NCBI GenBank assembly: GCA_050117845.1
Contig: JASFLY010000008.1
Span: forward strand, 32,001-96,000
From: Candidatus Zixiibacteriota bacterium
Lineage (GTDB): Bacteria > RBG-13-66-14 > B26-G2 > WVWN01
DNA: 64,000 bases
Direction: 5' to 3'
The notes under the pieces were generated by a model, which was given only the letters and a program-made list of their open reading frames with translations, was not told the origin of the DNA and ran no database searches. Of the stretch, positions 11,399-20,528 are shown one piece after another. Position numbers and translations under genes: made by a program. The stretch's first letter is position 1. Each line of letters begins with the position of its first letter.

Positions 11399-12511
11399 TT
11401 ACGGGGCTGGGGGCCGCGGGGCCGTTTCGGCGCCCCGGATCCGGCCTTCGGATATATTTATCGTGACGTCAGGTTTTAGCCACGGGGGGATTGTGGTCGC
11501 CGTGAACCAGGTCTGGCCGGCCCCGGCGAGGACCCGACCCAACCGTTCCCGGCGGCCGGAGTCGAGTTCGGAGCCGACGTCGTCGAGGAGGAGGAGCGGC
11601 GGGTCGTCTCCCCGTTCCCGGGCCTGGAGGCGGTACTGGGCCACGCGGAGCGAGAGGGCCGCCGTCCGTTGCTGGCCTTCGCTCGCGAAGCGCCGGGCGT
11701 CCCGCCCCTTGACGGCTAACGCCAGGTCGTCGCGGTGGGGGCCGACGAGCGTCAGGCCCCGGCGCCGCTCGTCGTCGCGGCGGCGGCCCAACTCCTCGTG
11801 GTACGCGGCGGCGACGTCCTCATCGTCGCCCTCGGCCGGAACGCCCGGCTCGTACGACACGTCGAAGGCTTCCTCCTGGGGCGCGAGGTCGCGGTAGGCC
11901 GCGGCGGCGGCCGGCCCCAGCGTCGCGGCCCCGCGGGCCCGAAGGCCCGTCAGGTGCGCGCCCGCCGCAACGAGCTCGTGGTCGAAGGGCTCTACCTCGG
12001 CCGAGGGGGCCCCCCGGGCCAACAGCGCGTTGCGTGAGCGGAGGACCGCCGTGTAGCGCTGCAGCGTGAACAGATAGTCCCGGCTCTGCTGGCCCAGCCA
12101 TACGTCCAGGAAGCGGCGCCGCGCGGACGGGTCGCCCTTGACGAGACCTAGGTCCCCGGGCGAGAAAGAGACGACCGCCAGCGTGCCGACGTAATCGATA
12201 AGGCGGCCGAAGGTTTCGCCGTTGACGGCCACGCGCTTGCGGCCGCCGTCGTATTCGAGCTCAAAGGTGCGTTCGCCGTCGGGGGCGCCCGCTTCCGCGC
12301 GGACGGCGAGGGCGTCCTCGCCCCGGCGGACGAGGTCGCGGTCGCGGCTGGTGCGGAAGGACCGGCCCAGCGCGAGGAAGAAGAGGGCTTCGAGGAGGTT
12401 GGTCTTACCGGCGCCGTTGGGGCCGGTTATCAAAATCAAACCGGGCGGCGCCTCGACGGTCGCCTCCCGGTAATTGCGGAAATTTTTTAAGTATAGCTCG
12501 GTAACGAACAA
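11399..12511 (-). CDS. recF: DNA replication/repair protein RecF
   Basis: NFRNY, GPNGAGKTN, GPHRDDL, SEGQQR, LLLDDVGSELD. Confidence 0.95.
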   Translation of the reverse strand: MFVTELYLKNFRNYREATVEAPPGLILITGPNGAGKTNLLEALFFLALGRSFRTSRDRDLVRRGEDALAVRAEAGAPDGERTFELEYDGGRKRVAVNGETFGRLIDYVGTLAVVSFSPGDLGLVKGDPSARRRFLDVWLGQQSRDYLFTLQRYTAVLRSRNALLARGAPSAEVEPFDHELVAAGAHLTGLRARGAATLGPAAAAAYRDLAPQEEAFDVSYEPGVPAEGDDEDVAAAYHEELGRRRDDERRRGLTLVGPHRDDLALAVKGRDARRFASEGQQRTAALSLRVAQYRLQARERGDDPPLLLLDDVGSELDSGRRERLGRVLAGAGQTWFTATTIPPWLKPDVTINISEGRIRGAETAPRPPAP

Positions 12512-12531
12512 CCCGGCTCACCGGCCCGCCG

Positions 12532-13626
12532 TTATAGCTTTATCGGCATCAGGATGCAGTAGTGGTTCTCGTCGCCGCTGCCGCGGAACGCCCCCTGCTT
12601 GGCCGGGTCGTTGAGCTGGTAGATTATGTCGTCGCCCTCGAGGGTGGCCGCGATTTCGTGGACGAAGGCCGGGTTGTAGCTAACCTTGAACTCCTCCCCC
12701 TCGTAGATGCAGGGGAGCGGTTCGCGGGCCTCGCCGACCTCGGCCGTCTTGGCCTCGACCTCGAGTTGGTTCTTGCCGACGGTCATGATGATCTGACGGT
12801 TGTTATCGTCGCACATCAGCGCCATACGGTCGACGACGTCGAGGAAAAGACTCCGGGCCACACGCACTTCCTTCTCGAAGGATTGCGGCACGACCTCGCG
12901 GTAGGGCGGGAACTTGCCCTCGGCCTGGCGGGTGACGAAGCGGAAGCGGCCGCAGTCGAAGGAGATGTGATTCTCGCCGAACGCTATCTCCACCGGGTCC
13001 TCGGCGTCCAGCACCTTGGACAGCTCGCCCGCCGCCTTGCTGGGCAGGATAACGTCCACAACGCCGCCTATCTCTATCTCGGTCTTGAGGGAGGTATAGG
13101 CCAGGCGGTAGCCGTCGGTGGCGACGAAGCGGACCTCGTTGCCCTCGGCCTGGATGCAGATGCCGTTGAGCGCGTAGCGCGTGACGTCCTCGGCCGCGGC
13201 GAAGAGCGTTTTCTTGATGAGGCTCTTGAGCGTGTCCTGTCCGAGCGTCAGCGTGTGCTCGGGCGCGACCTCCGGGAATACCGGGTAGTCGGAGGCGTCG
13301 AGGCCCATGAGTTTGAACGTGGCCCGGCCGCCCTTGACGGTGGCCTGCGTGCCCTCGACCGATACCTCTACCTCGTCGGCGTCGAGGTGGCGCGCTATCT
13401 CGACGAAACGTCTCGCCGGCAGCGTTAGCGACCCTTTGTCGGCCACGTCGGCGGCGACCCGCGTCCGGGCCCAGAGGTCGATATTGGTCCCGGTCAATTC
13501 GACGCCGTCGGCTTCGGCGACGAAGAGGAGGTTTCCTAAAATGGCGAGAGTGCTTTTGGGCGGGACGGCGCTTTGGGCGATGCCCAGGGCGTCCACCAAT
13601 TCCTTGCGGTCACAGCTAAACTTCAC
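12532..13626 (-). CDS. dnaN: DNA polymerase III beta sliding clamp
   Basis: RYALNGI, VATDGYRLA, EGKFPPY, ILMPIKL; GGAGG before GTG. Confidence 0.95.
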   Translation of the reverse strand: MKFSCDRKELVDALGIAQSAVPPKSTLAILGNLLFVAEADGVELTGTNIDLWARTRVAADVADKGSLTLPARRFVEIARHLDADEVEVSVEGTQATVKGGRATFKLMGLDASDYPVFPEVAPEHTLTLGQDTLKSLIKKTLFAAAEDVTRYALNGICIQAEGNEVRFVATDGYRLAYTSLKTEIEIGGVVDVILPSKAAGELSKVLDAEDPVEIAFGENHISFDCGRFRFVTRQAEGKFPPYREVVPQSFEKEVRVARSLFLDVVDRMALMCDDNNRQIIMTVGKNQLEVEAKTAEVGEAREPLPCIYEGEEFKVSYNPAFVHEIAATLEGDDIIYQLNDPAKQGAFRGSGDENHYCILMPIKL

Positions 13627-13719
13627 CGTGGCCTCCCATCGGATATTGAAAGGATTAACGCGTACGTCGGATTGACTGAAAATACTAACACTTATCCGCT
13701 TCTATTGTCAAACGAATTG

Positions 13720-14598
13720 TTAAGGTTTCGCGCCGTGGAGTACCGCGGCCGTGAGGTCGTCCACGGCTTTGGTCAGCGCCTCGGTCACGTCGTCGTCCCG
13801 CTCCACCTTCAAGCGGCCCCTCAGCGCGTCCATGGCCCGCATATCGCCGATGGCCGCGAGGCTCTCCGCCGCGGCGATTCGGATCTCCGGCTTCTTGTGG
13901 TCCAGAGCCTCGCACAGCGGCCGCACCGCCCGGTCGTCCGTGACGACGCCCAGCGCCTCCGCCGCCGCGAGACGGACCTTCCACTTCTTGTCCTCCGTGA
14001 GACGCGCTATAAGGGGCTCGACCGCGGCCCGGTCGCCGTAGGCCGCCGCCGCGGCGCAGGCCCGAACGCGGACCTCCTCGGCCTCGTCGCCCAACGCGTC
14101 GAGCAGCGGCCGGAAGGCCGCGTCATCCCGCAGGCGCCCCAGCGCGTAGGCGGCGGTCGCCCGGCGCCGCGACTTCTTGTCGCCGGACAGGACCTCGACC
14201 AGTCGCTCTCTGAGCGCATCCGATTTAAACGGAAGTAACGCGTCGGCGGCGGCCCAACGCACGTCGTCGTCCCCCAGGACGGTCAGGAAGCTCGCGGCCG
14301 CGCGGGAGTCGCCGGTACTCTCCAGCGCCCGAATCGCCGCCACGCGGACGGCCGCGTTCAGGCCGTCGTTCTCGACGGCGCCGGACAGCGCCGCGAACGC
14401 GACCTCGCTGCCCTCGAGTCGGGCCAGGGCCCCCGCCGCCTCGACGGCGTACGCGGTGTCGTCGCTCGTAAGGGCCGCGGCCAGCCGGTCGGCCCCCCAG
14501 CTCGGGTCGGGCGGGCCCCCCTGTCCCCAGGCCGCCGTTGCCCCTAATACCCCGAAAAATATAGTCGTTACGCGTTTCACTTCCATCACCGGCCGCAT
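13720..14598 (-). CDS. Secreted HEAT/PBS-lyase repeat protein
   Basis: Repeated VR.AAAEALG..D.RAV.PL...L.D units; signal-peptide-like N-terminus. Confidence 0.8.
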   Translation of the reverse strand: MRPVMEVKRVTTIFFGVLGATAAWGQGGPPDPSWGADRLAAALTSDDTAYAVEAAGALARLEGSEVAFAALSGAVENDGLNAAVRVAAIRALESTGDSRAAASFLTVLGDDDVRWAAADALLPFKSDALRERLVEVLSGDKKSRRRATAAYALGRLRDDAAFRPLLDALGDEAEEVRVRACAAAAAYGDRAAVEPLIARLTEDKKWKVRLAAAEALGVVTDDRAVRPLCEALDHKKPEIRIAAAESLAAIGDMRAMDALRGRLKVERDDDVTEALTKAVDDLTAAVLHGAKP

Positions 14599-14733
14599 TG
14601 TGGCAATATTTCGCGTTCAAGTCAAGCGGAACGTGGCCCCGGCGGTTTTTATGGGAAATCGGCGCTGGCCGCGCGGGGCCTGATGTCGTATAATATTAAT
14701 ATTGAAACCCGTACGGCCCGGAAAGGAGCGACA

Positions 14734-15630
14734 ATGACCCCTAAAAACGACCTCGAAAAGAGGCTGCATCCGCACCTTTCGTTCATACTGAAGTACCGGC
14801 CTCCCGATATGAAGAGGGGCGCGCCGCGGCCCAAGGAGCCCACGCCCCGGGGGCCGGACATGGTCCGCGCCGCCCGGGCGATAAGCAAGGCCGTGGCCGC
14901 GGGGGACCTGTCCTACCGCGAGGCGGCCGAGTACCTCGCCGCCCACGAGAACGCCGGCGTCCGCTTCGTCGGCGCGATAGTACTGGCGCTGGGCGGCCCC
15001 GTCGAGGCGTGGAAGTGGCACGTTGACCTGGCCGCGCTCCTCGCCGACGATGATAACTGGGAGGTGCGGGAGGCCGCCGTCTCCGCGCTACGGCCCCTCG
15101 TCGAGACGGATTACGGCCGGGCGGTGAAGCTGTTCCGTCGATGGGCCCGGGGTAAGAACGTCAACCTCCAGCGCGTCGTCGCGCTCGGCGTAATGGTCGC
15201 GAATAAGCGGCCGTGGCCCGGGCCGATCGGCGACGTCTTCGATATCCTGGAGCCCTTGATGGCCGTGCGGGCGGAGTACGTGCGAAAGAACCTGGGGCCC
15301 TTCGCCATCGGCTCGAGCATAGGCCGGCACTACCCGGGTGAAACCGTGGCCTTCCTCAAACGGATGATGCGGGCCCAGGAGGAACAGACCCGCTGGAACG
15401 TCGCGATGGCGTTCAACCAGTCCTTCGGCGTCCACAATCCGGAACTGGCGCTGCCGTTTCTGGAGAAGCTCGCCGCGGACGAGAGCAAGTACGTCCGCAC
15501 GGCGGCGGCGTCCTCTTTGCGGAACATAGGCCGGCGTCACCGGCGGCTGGTCAAACCCCTACTGAAAAAGTGGGCCGGCGACCCGAAGCGCCGGGAAGTG
15601 GCGGAGCGCGTAACCAAATTCTTAAAATAA
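14734..15630 (+). CDS. HEAT-repeat DNA alkylation repair (AlkD-like) protein
   Basis: AGGAG before ATG 14734; LADDDNWEVREAA, EYVRKN, KLAADESKYVR..LRNIGR. Confidence 0.65.
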   Translation: MTPKNDLEKRLHPHLSFILKYRPPDMKRGAPRPKEPTPRGPDMVRAARAISKAVAAGDLSYREAAEYLAAHENAGVRFVGAIVLALGGPVEAWKWHVDLAALLADDDNWEVREAAVSALRPLVETDYGRAVKLFRRWARGKNVNLQRVVALGVMVANKRPWPGPIGDVFDILEPLMAVRAEYVRKNLGPFAIGSSIGRHYPGETVAFLKRMMRAQEEQTRWNVAMAFNQSFGVHNPELALPFLEKLAADESKYVRTAAASSLRNIGRRHRRLVKPLLKKWAGDPKRREVAERVTKFLK

Positions 15631-15770
15631 ATAAACGTCCAATATCCGAACGCCGCCCCCTCGGGCGGCGTTTTTTTACGAAAATACGAAAATAAATAAA
15701 AATAATCCACGCATATGCTTGACGGCAGTTCGCATATGGTGCTATATAATTAGGAGAAGGAGGCAACGCG

Positions 15771-16754
15771 ATGGGAACGGATAAAATACGACGTTTGTTG
15801 CTTGCGGCCGCGGCCGGGGCGTTGTTGGCGTCCGCCGCCGCGGCGTCATCTTACAATTACGAAGGAAAATGGCAGGAGTATTTGGGAGTGGCCGATTGGG
15901 AATTCGAGATAGGACCCATTTCCGGGGATGATTCCAAGGTAGCGGTGCCTTATATTTGCGCGTCGAGTATCGCGGCGATAGATGTTGGATGCAGGTTATT
16001 CGACGCGAACGGTGCCTATCTCGGTTATTGTAAATATTTTTTAAGCTCGTACGATCATTACGAAAACGGCGGGATTTACGGGTGCGCTGCGGTAGGCGAA
16101 GGCGCGGTAACGACCTTCACCGTGCATTATTACGATTTGAGCGAGGAAATATATAAAACCGAAAGCCATTTATCGTACGGTCCGAACCCAAGTTGGGATA
16201 TTAAGGAGGACGGGTGGGGCCGCTTCAAAGCCCTGGCGCGGACTCCCGACGGCCAGAGTTTCTATTGCTACCGGTTATATTCCGGCGATTACAGGATATG
16301 TAAAATGACGGTCGCCGGGACCGTAACGAGTTATTTCACGCCTTTGGCCGTGCCGGACGATATGGCGGTGGACGCCTCGGGTAATATATATGGTTTATCG
16401 GGGGGGTGGGTATTTAAATACGACGCTAGCGGTTCTTTAATAACGTCGTGGGATACTCCGGTCACGCTTAACGACGTATGCGTCGACGCTAACGACCGGA
16501 TATTGGGTTTCTCGAATAGTAATATGTACACGTACGTCTTTAGCGACGCGGGTTCCCTCTTGGGCAGCTTCACCGCGCCGTACGAGTCTATCACAAGGCA
16601 CGGCAGTACCGGTCCGGACGGGAAATATTTCGTCGCATGTGAAGCCTGGGATCAGGAGATTTTTATATGTTTCGTTGAGATGTACCGGTTCGCCCCCGTT
16701 CCGACCAACATCGTCCCTACTAGTTTGGGTAAAATAAAGGCCATGTACCAGTAA
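15771..16754 (+). CDS. Secreted NHL/beta-propeller-like protein with conserved C-terminal tail (IVPTSLGKIKAMYQ)
   Basis: Signal peptide; PDDMAVDASGNIY..VFKYDASGSLITSW repeats; visibly lower GC than neighbours. Confidence 0.7.
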   Translation: MGTDKIRRLLLAAAAGALLASAAAASSYNYEGKWQEYLGVADWEFEIGPISGDDSKVAVPYICASSIAAIDVGCRLFDANGAYLGYCKYFLSSYDHYENGGIYGCAAVGEGAVTTFTVHYYDLSEEIYKTESHLSYGPNPSWDIKEDGWGRFKALARTPDGQSFYCYRLYSGDYRICKMTVAGTVTSYFTPLAVPDDMAVDASGNIYGLSGGWVFKYDASGSLITSWDTPVTLNDVCVDANDRILGFSNSNMYTYVFSDAGSLLGSFTAPYESITRHGSTGPDGKYFVACEAWDQEIFICFVEMYRFAPVPTNIVPTSLGKIKAMYQ

Positions 16755-16796
16755 GGGAGGGTAACGGCCTGACGCCGCCCTTCGGGGCGGCGTTTT

Positions 16797-17417
16797 TTAT
16801 TCCTCGGCCGGTCTCGCTTTTCGCCTCTCCCGGGCCAGGTGCCACCACCGCTTAACGTAGGCCGTGGAATAGAACCTTCCCGAGACGACGCATATCCCGA
16901 CGAGTACGCCCCAGGCCGCGCCGCCCAGGACGTCCCCGGGGTAGTGCACGCCGACGTATATGCGGGAGTAGCAAACCAGCAGCGCCACGCCGAAGAGCGC
17001 CGCGCCGACGCGCTTATATTCCGTGAAGACGACGAAGGCGAAGGCGAACGTGTTGGCGGCGTGGGCCGAGGGGAAGGCGGGGGAGTTCGCCTGGTGCGGC
17101 AACAGCAGGCGCACCGTCTCGAGGGCGAAGGGCGGCCGGACCCGGCCGAAGAGCGGCTTGAGGAGGCGGGCCGTCGTGACGTCGACCAGCGCCACCGCCA
17201 CCGCCCCGGCGATGACGCAGTATATGCCGGCGCGCCGGTACCGCGCGGGAAGGTATATCGCCGCCAGCGCCGAGACGCCGATGTAGAAAAACTTGTGCGT
17301 GATTATAAGGAAGACGCCGTCGAGGTAGGGGCAGGCCAGCGTCTGGTTGAAAAAGGCGAACAGCGCCCGGTCTATTTCGCCGAGAACGCCCCAGTCGATG
17401 CCGGCGAGGAAGTCCAC
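16797..17417 (-). CDS. PAP2-family membrane phosphatase (undecaprenyl-PP phosphatase-like)
   Basis: KPLFGRVRP, FPSAHA, SRIYVGVHYPGDV. Confidence 0.92.
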   Translation of the reverse strand: MDFLAGIDWGVLGEIDRALFAFFNQTLACPYLDGVFLIITHKFFYIGVSALAAIYLPARYRRAGIYCVIAGAVAVALVDVTTARLLKPLFGRVRPPFALETVRLLLPHQANSPAFPSAHAANTFAFAFVVFTEYKRVGAALFGVALLVCYSRIYVGVHYPGDVLGGAAWGVLVGICVVSGRFYSTAYVKRWWHLARERRKARPAEE

Positions 17418-17419
17418 GG

Positions 17420-19648
17420 TTACCGGTCGCCCCTCAGCGCGGCGAAGGCCGCGTGGGCCGCGTCGTCGTACGGGTCCAGCGCGAGGGCCTGCTCGGCCGC
17501 GTACGCCCCGGCGGCCGCGTTGCCCGATTCCAGCTCGAGCCAGGTCAGGCCGTCCCAGGCGCCGACGAGGCGCGGGCAGAGCTCGAGGGCCCGGATGAAG
17601 TTCTCGCGGCCGGCGTCCATCTCCTTGGCCTGATAATGCTCGACGCCGGCGTTGTAATATTCCAGCGCCCGGTCGATGTCCTCGTACACCTTAACGGAGA
17701 AGTCCTCGTCGTAGTAGCCGTCCTTCTCCGCCGGGCCCGCGAACAACGGCGACGGCGGCCCGAGGTCCGGCCCCTCCCGGCCGGGAACGCCCACCAGGAA
17801 GACCCGCCACGATACCGTCTCGAAGACCGGCGCGAAGTGCTCGAGCTCGGCCGGTTCGAACTGCATTTTATAGGCGCACGAGTCCGCCCGCACCCGCGTT
17901 ATCGCCCGGGCGTAGCGCATCGAGTCGGGATCGTTTTTAACGATATAGGCGGCGTGGTAGGCCACGTACGTGACGTCGTATTTCTCGCATACGCCGTAAA
18001 ATCCTTCCTCGTCGCCGTAAAGCGCCTGGTAGCACTCGTTGACCTTGGCTCGCATCCCCGGGGCCTCGTATATGGGGTGGAGTACGATGGGCGTGCCGGC
18101 GAAGGCCAGAAGCGCCGCCGAGGCCGGGAAGGGCCCCAGGACCGCCGTCTCCGTCCGGTCCGGCTGGAAGCCGAACCATCGGATGATCCGCCATTCCTCG
18201 TCGCCGACGTTGGAGGCGTAGCCGCCCTCGCCGGACGCGGCCGCCTCCAGCAGGGCGGTCCAGGGTTGGGGGCGGCTCTCGTACCGGGCGGCCTTGATGC
18301 CCTCGAAAGGCAATAGCACCGCCGGGATGAGGAGCCACGCCAACGCCCGGCGGCCGGGGCGGGCCAGGCCGGCGTACCCCGCGGCCCAGGCCGCGACGAA
18401 GAACGCCAGCACGACCATGAAACGGGTATACCCGGAGAAGAGCAGCGCGAAGACGACGGAGAAAACGATCGTGGCCGCGCCGAAGGCCCCGGCGGCGGGG
18501 TCGCGCAGGCCCCGCAAGAATTCCTTGACGTATTTGACGAGCGGCGGCAGGGCGATAACGAGCGGCAGCACCAGCACCGCCGCGGCCGAGGCCCACGTCG
18601 GCGAGTTGGCCGGCCCCGTCCATATCTCCCGGGCCGCGAGGGGGAGCAGGTTCGGGTCGGCCGGCTTGACGCCCATGTACCGGATCTTGTAGAAGATCAT
18701 CGTGTAGATGTGGGAGTACTCGCCGGCGGCGGCGAAGGGCCGCCCCGCGCCGTAAGCCACGCCGAAGATGACGCCCAGCGCCACCAGCCGCTGCCACCAC
18801 TTGAGCCGCCACTTCCAGGCCGCGAGCGCCGTGGCCGCCACCGCGCACGCGAGCGCGAACGACGGCGACGCCAGGAAAACTTTCTCGCGCAGGGCCGGGT
18901 GGATATAGGCGACGAGGGCCGCGGCGCCGAGCGCGGCGGCCGCCCGCCCCACGCCCCGGCTGTCCTTCGAGACAAGGACCGTCGCCGCCAGCGGCAGCGT
19001 CGCGAAGAAGTAGAGGAAGGACGACGCGTGCCAGCTGATGAGCGCGAGCGCGAAGGCCGCGACCGCCGGCGGTATCCAGCGCCAGCTTCCCCCCTCGACG
19101 AGGCGGGTCTGGCAGTAGAGCGCGAAGAAGAAGACCGGCAGGACGAAATCCTCCCGGAGGTAGTTGCCGCAGGTTCTAAGGTAGATAACGAGGGAGAGGC
19201 CGTATACCAGCGCGGCCAACAGGCCCCCCGGCCTGGACCTGAAGGTCCGCCGGCCCCACAGGTAAACCAGGAAGAGCGTGAGCGAACTCCACAGCGAAAC
19301 GTGCCAGCGCAGGAAGTTCTGCGGTTGCATCTCGCCGAGGAGGGGTCTGAGGATGCGGTACGATACGCCGATGAAGGCGTCCTGCGTCAAGAAAAACGCT
19401 CGCCGCACGTCTACGCCCTCGGGCCACTGGGCGGCGCGGTCGAGCGCCGGGATCTCTTCGCCCAGCGCATACATCCGTACGTAGCGGAAGCGGAAGGCCG
19501 GGTCGGACGCGAGGTACATGTCCGGCGGCCAGTGGTACAGCTTCAGCGAGACCACCGCGACGTATAGCGCCACGAGCGCGACGCCGGTGTAAAGCACCGG
19601 CCGGCGAGAGAGGAATTCCCGTATGGCTGCGAGTCGGCTCAAAATCAT
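17420..19648 (-). CDS. GT-C fold membrane glycosyltransferase (STT3/DPY19-like) with C-terminal TPR
   Basis: Multi-TM; DPAFRFRY..D...QWPEG (STT3-like loop); LREDFVLP and PIVLHPIYE..MRAK...YQ (DPY19-like); TPR at C-terminus. Confidence 0.7.
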   Translation of the reverse strand: MILSRLAAIREFLSRRPVLYTGVALVALYVAVVSLKLYHWPPDMYLASDPAFRFRYVRMYALGEEIPALDRAAQWPEGVDVRRAFFLTQDAFIGVSYRILRPLLGEMQPQNFLRWHVSLWSSLTLFLVYLWGRRTFRSRPGGLLAALVYGLSLVIYLRTCGNYLREDFVLPVFFFALYCQTRLVEGGSWRWIPPAVAAFALALISWHASSFLYFFATLPLAATVLVSKDSRGVGRAAAALGAAALVAYIHPALREKVFLASPSFALACAVAATALAAWKWRLKWWQRLVALGVIFGVAYGAGRPFAAAGEYSHIYTMIFYKIRYMGVKPADPNLLPLAAREIWTGPANSPTWASAAAVLVLPLVIALPPLVKYVKEFLRGLRDPAAGAFGAATIVFSVVFALLFSGYTRFMVVLAFFVAAWAAGYAGLARPGRRALAWLLIPAVLLPFEGIKAARYESRPQPWTALLEAAASGEGGYASNVGDEEWRIIRWFGFQPDRTETAVLGPFPASAALLAFAGTPIVLHPIYEAPGMRAKVNECYQALYGDEEGFYGVCEKYDVTYVAYHAAYIVKNDPDSMRYARAITRVRADSCAYKMQFEPAELEHFAPVFETVSWRVFLVGVPGREGPDLGPPSPLFAGPAEKDGYYDEDFSVKVYEDIDRALEYYNAGVEHYQAKEMDAGRENFIRALELCPRLVGAWDGLTWLELESGNAAAGAYAAEQALALDPYDDAAHAAFAALRGDR

Positions 19649-19870
19649 TTTCCTAAATCAATAGGCGGAGTGTAGCATAGTGGCATGGCGCCTTCAAGGC
19701 GGCAAATCCCGCCGGCCTCCCCCCTCCCCCCCCCGGGCCCCGCGGCCCATCGGCCCGGGGGCGGCGATTAATGGTTGACACCGGCCCGCCGCCAACATAT
19801 TATAGGGGAAAGCTCCATCGCAACCAGGCACGACGCGGCCTGATTTTAGCCGCGCAGGAGGTATACCAGC

Positions 19871-20197
19871 ATGGCGGATAATATCCACGAATTCACGGAC
19901 GGAAACTTCGACGGCGAAGTGTTGCAATCCGACAAGCCGGTCCTTATAGATTTCTGGGCGGAGTGGTGCGTTCCGTGCAAGATGATCGCTCCGGCCATCG
20001 AGGAAGTCGCGAACGACAACGCCGACGCGCTGAAAGTCGGCAAGGTCAACGTCGACAACAGCCCGGCGATCGCGTCCAAATACGGCATCCGGTCCATCCC
20101 GACGGTCATGATATTCAAGGGCGGCCAGGTGGCCGAGAAGGTCGTCGGCGCCGTCTCGAAGGACACCATCCAGGAACTGGTCGACAAGGTCAAGTAG
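19871..20197 (+). CDS. trxA: Thioredoxin (WCVPC active site)
   Basis: VLIDFWAEWCVPCK, YGIRSIPT; AGGAGG RBS; terminator follows. Confidence 0.95.
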   Translation: MADNIHEFTDGNFDGEVLQSDKPVLIDFWAEWCVPCKMIAPAIEEVANDNADALKVGKVNVDNSPAIASKYGIRSIPTVMIFKGGQVAEKVVGAVSKDTIQELVDKVK

Positions 20198-20528
20198 GCC
20201 CGGCCTCTTCCCGGCGATAATACCGTAGCCACAATCCCCGTCGCTGCCAAAGCGGCGGGGTTTTTGTTGTGTGGGTGGGTTGGCGTAAATTATAGGTTAA
20301 TATTTTTTTATACCAAACCGAAGGGCGTTGTGATATTTTACCTTTGGGAAGGTGGAAGGTGACAGAATAATAAACGAGACCCGACGCTCGCCGTGCCCCT
20401 GATGGGGGACGGGCGGCGGGGGTTTAGGCTAACTCCGTTTCGCGCGTTGTTTAAATAATAGGCTGGCGCGGTCGATTAACAAGGAACCAGTTAGGAACCC
20501 ACGGCGGGAAATACCGGAAGGACGAGAT

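Noticed and set aside
13627..13719. oriC upstream of dnaN
   Set aside because: Spacer is short and has only a poor DnaA-box-like 9-mer; no dnaA nearby
19871..20197. Thioredoxin CVPC instead of CGPC
   Set aside because: Within ordinary variation of bacterial thioredoxins
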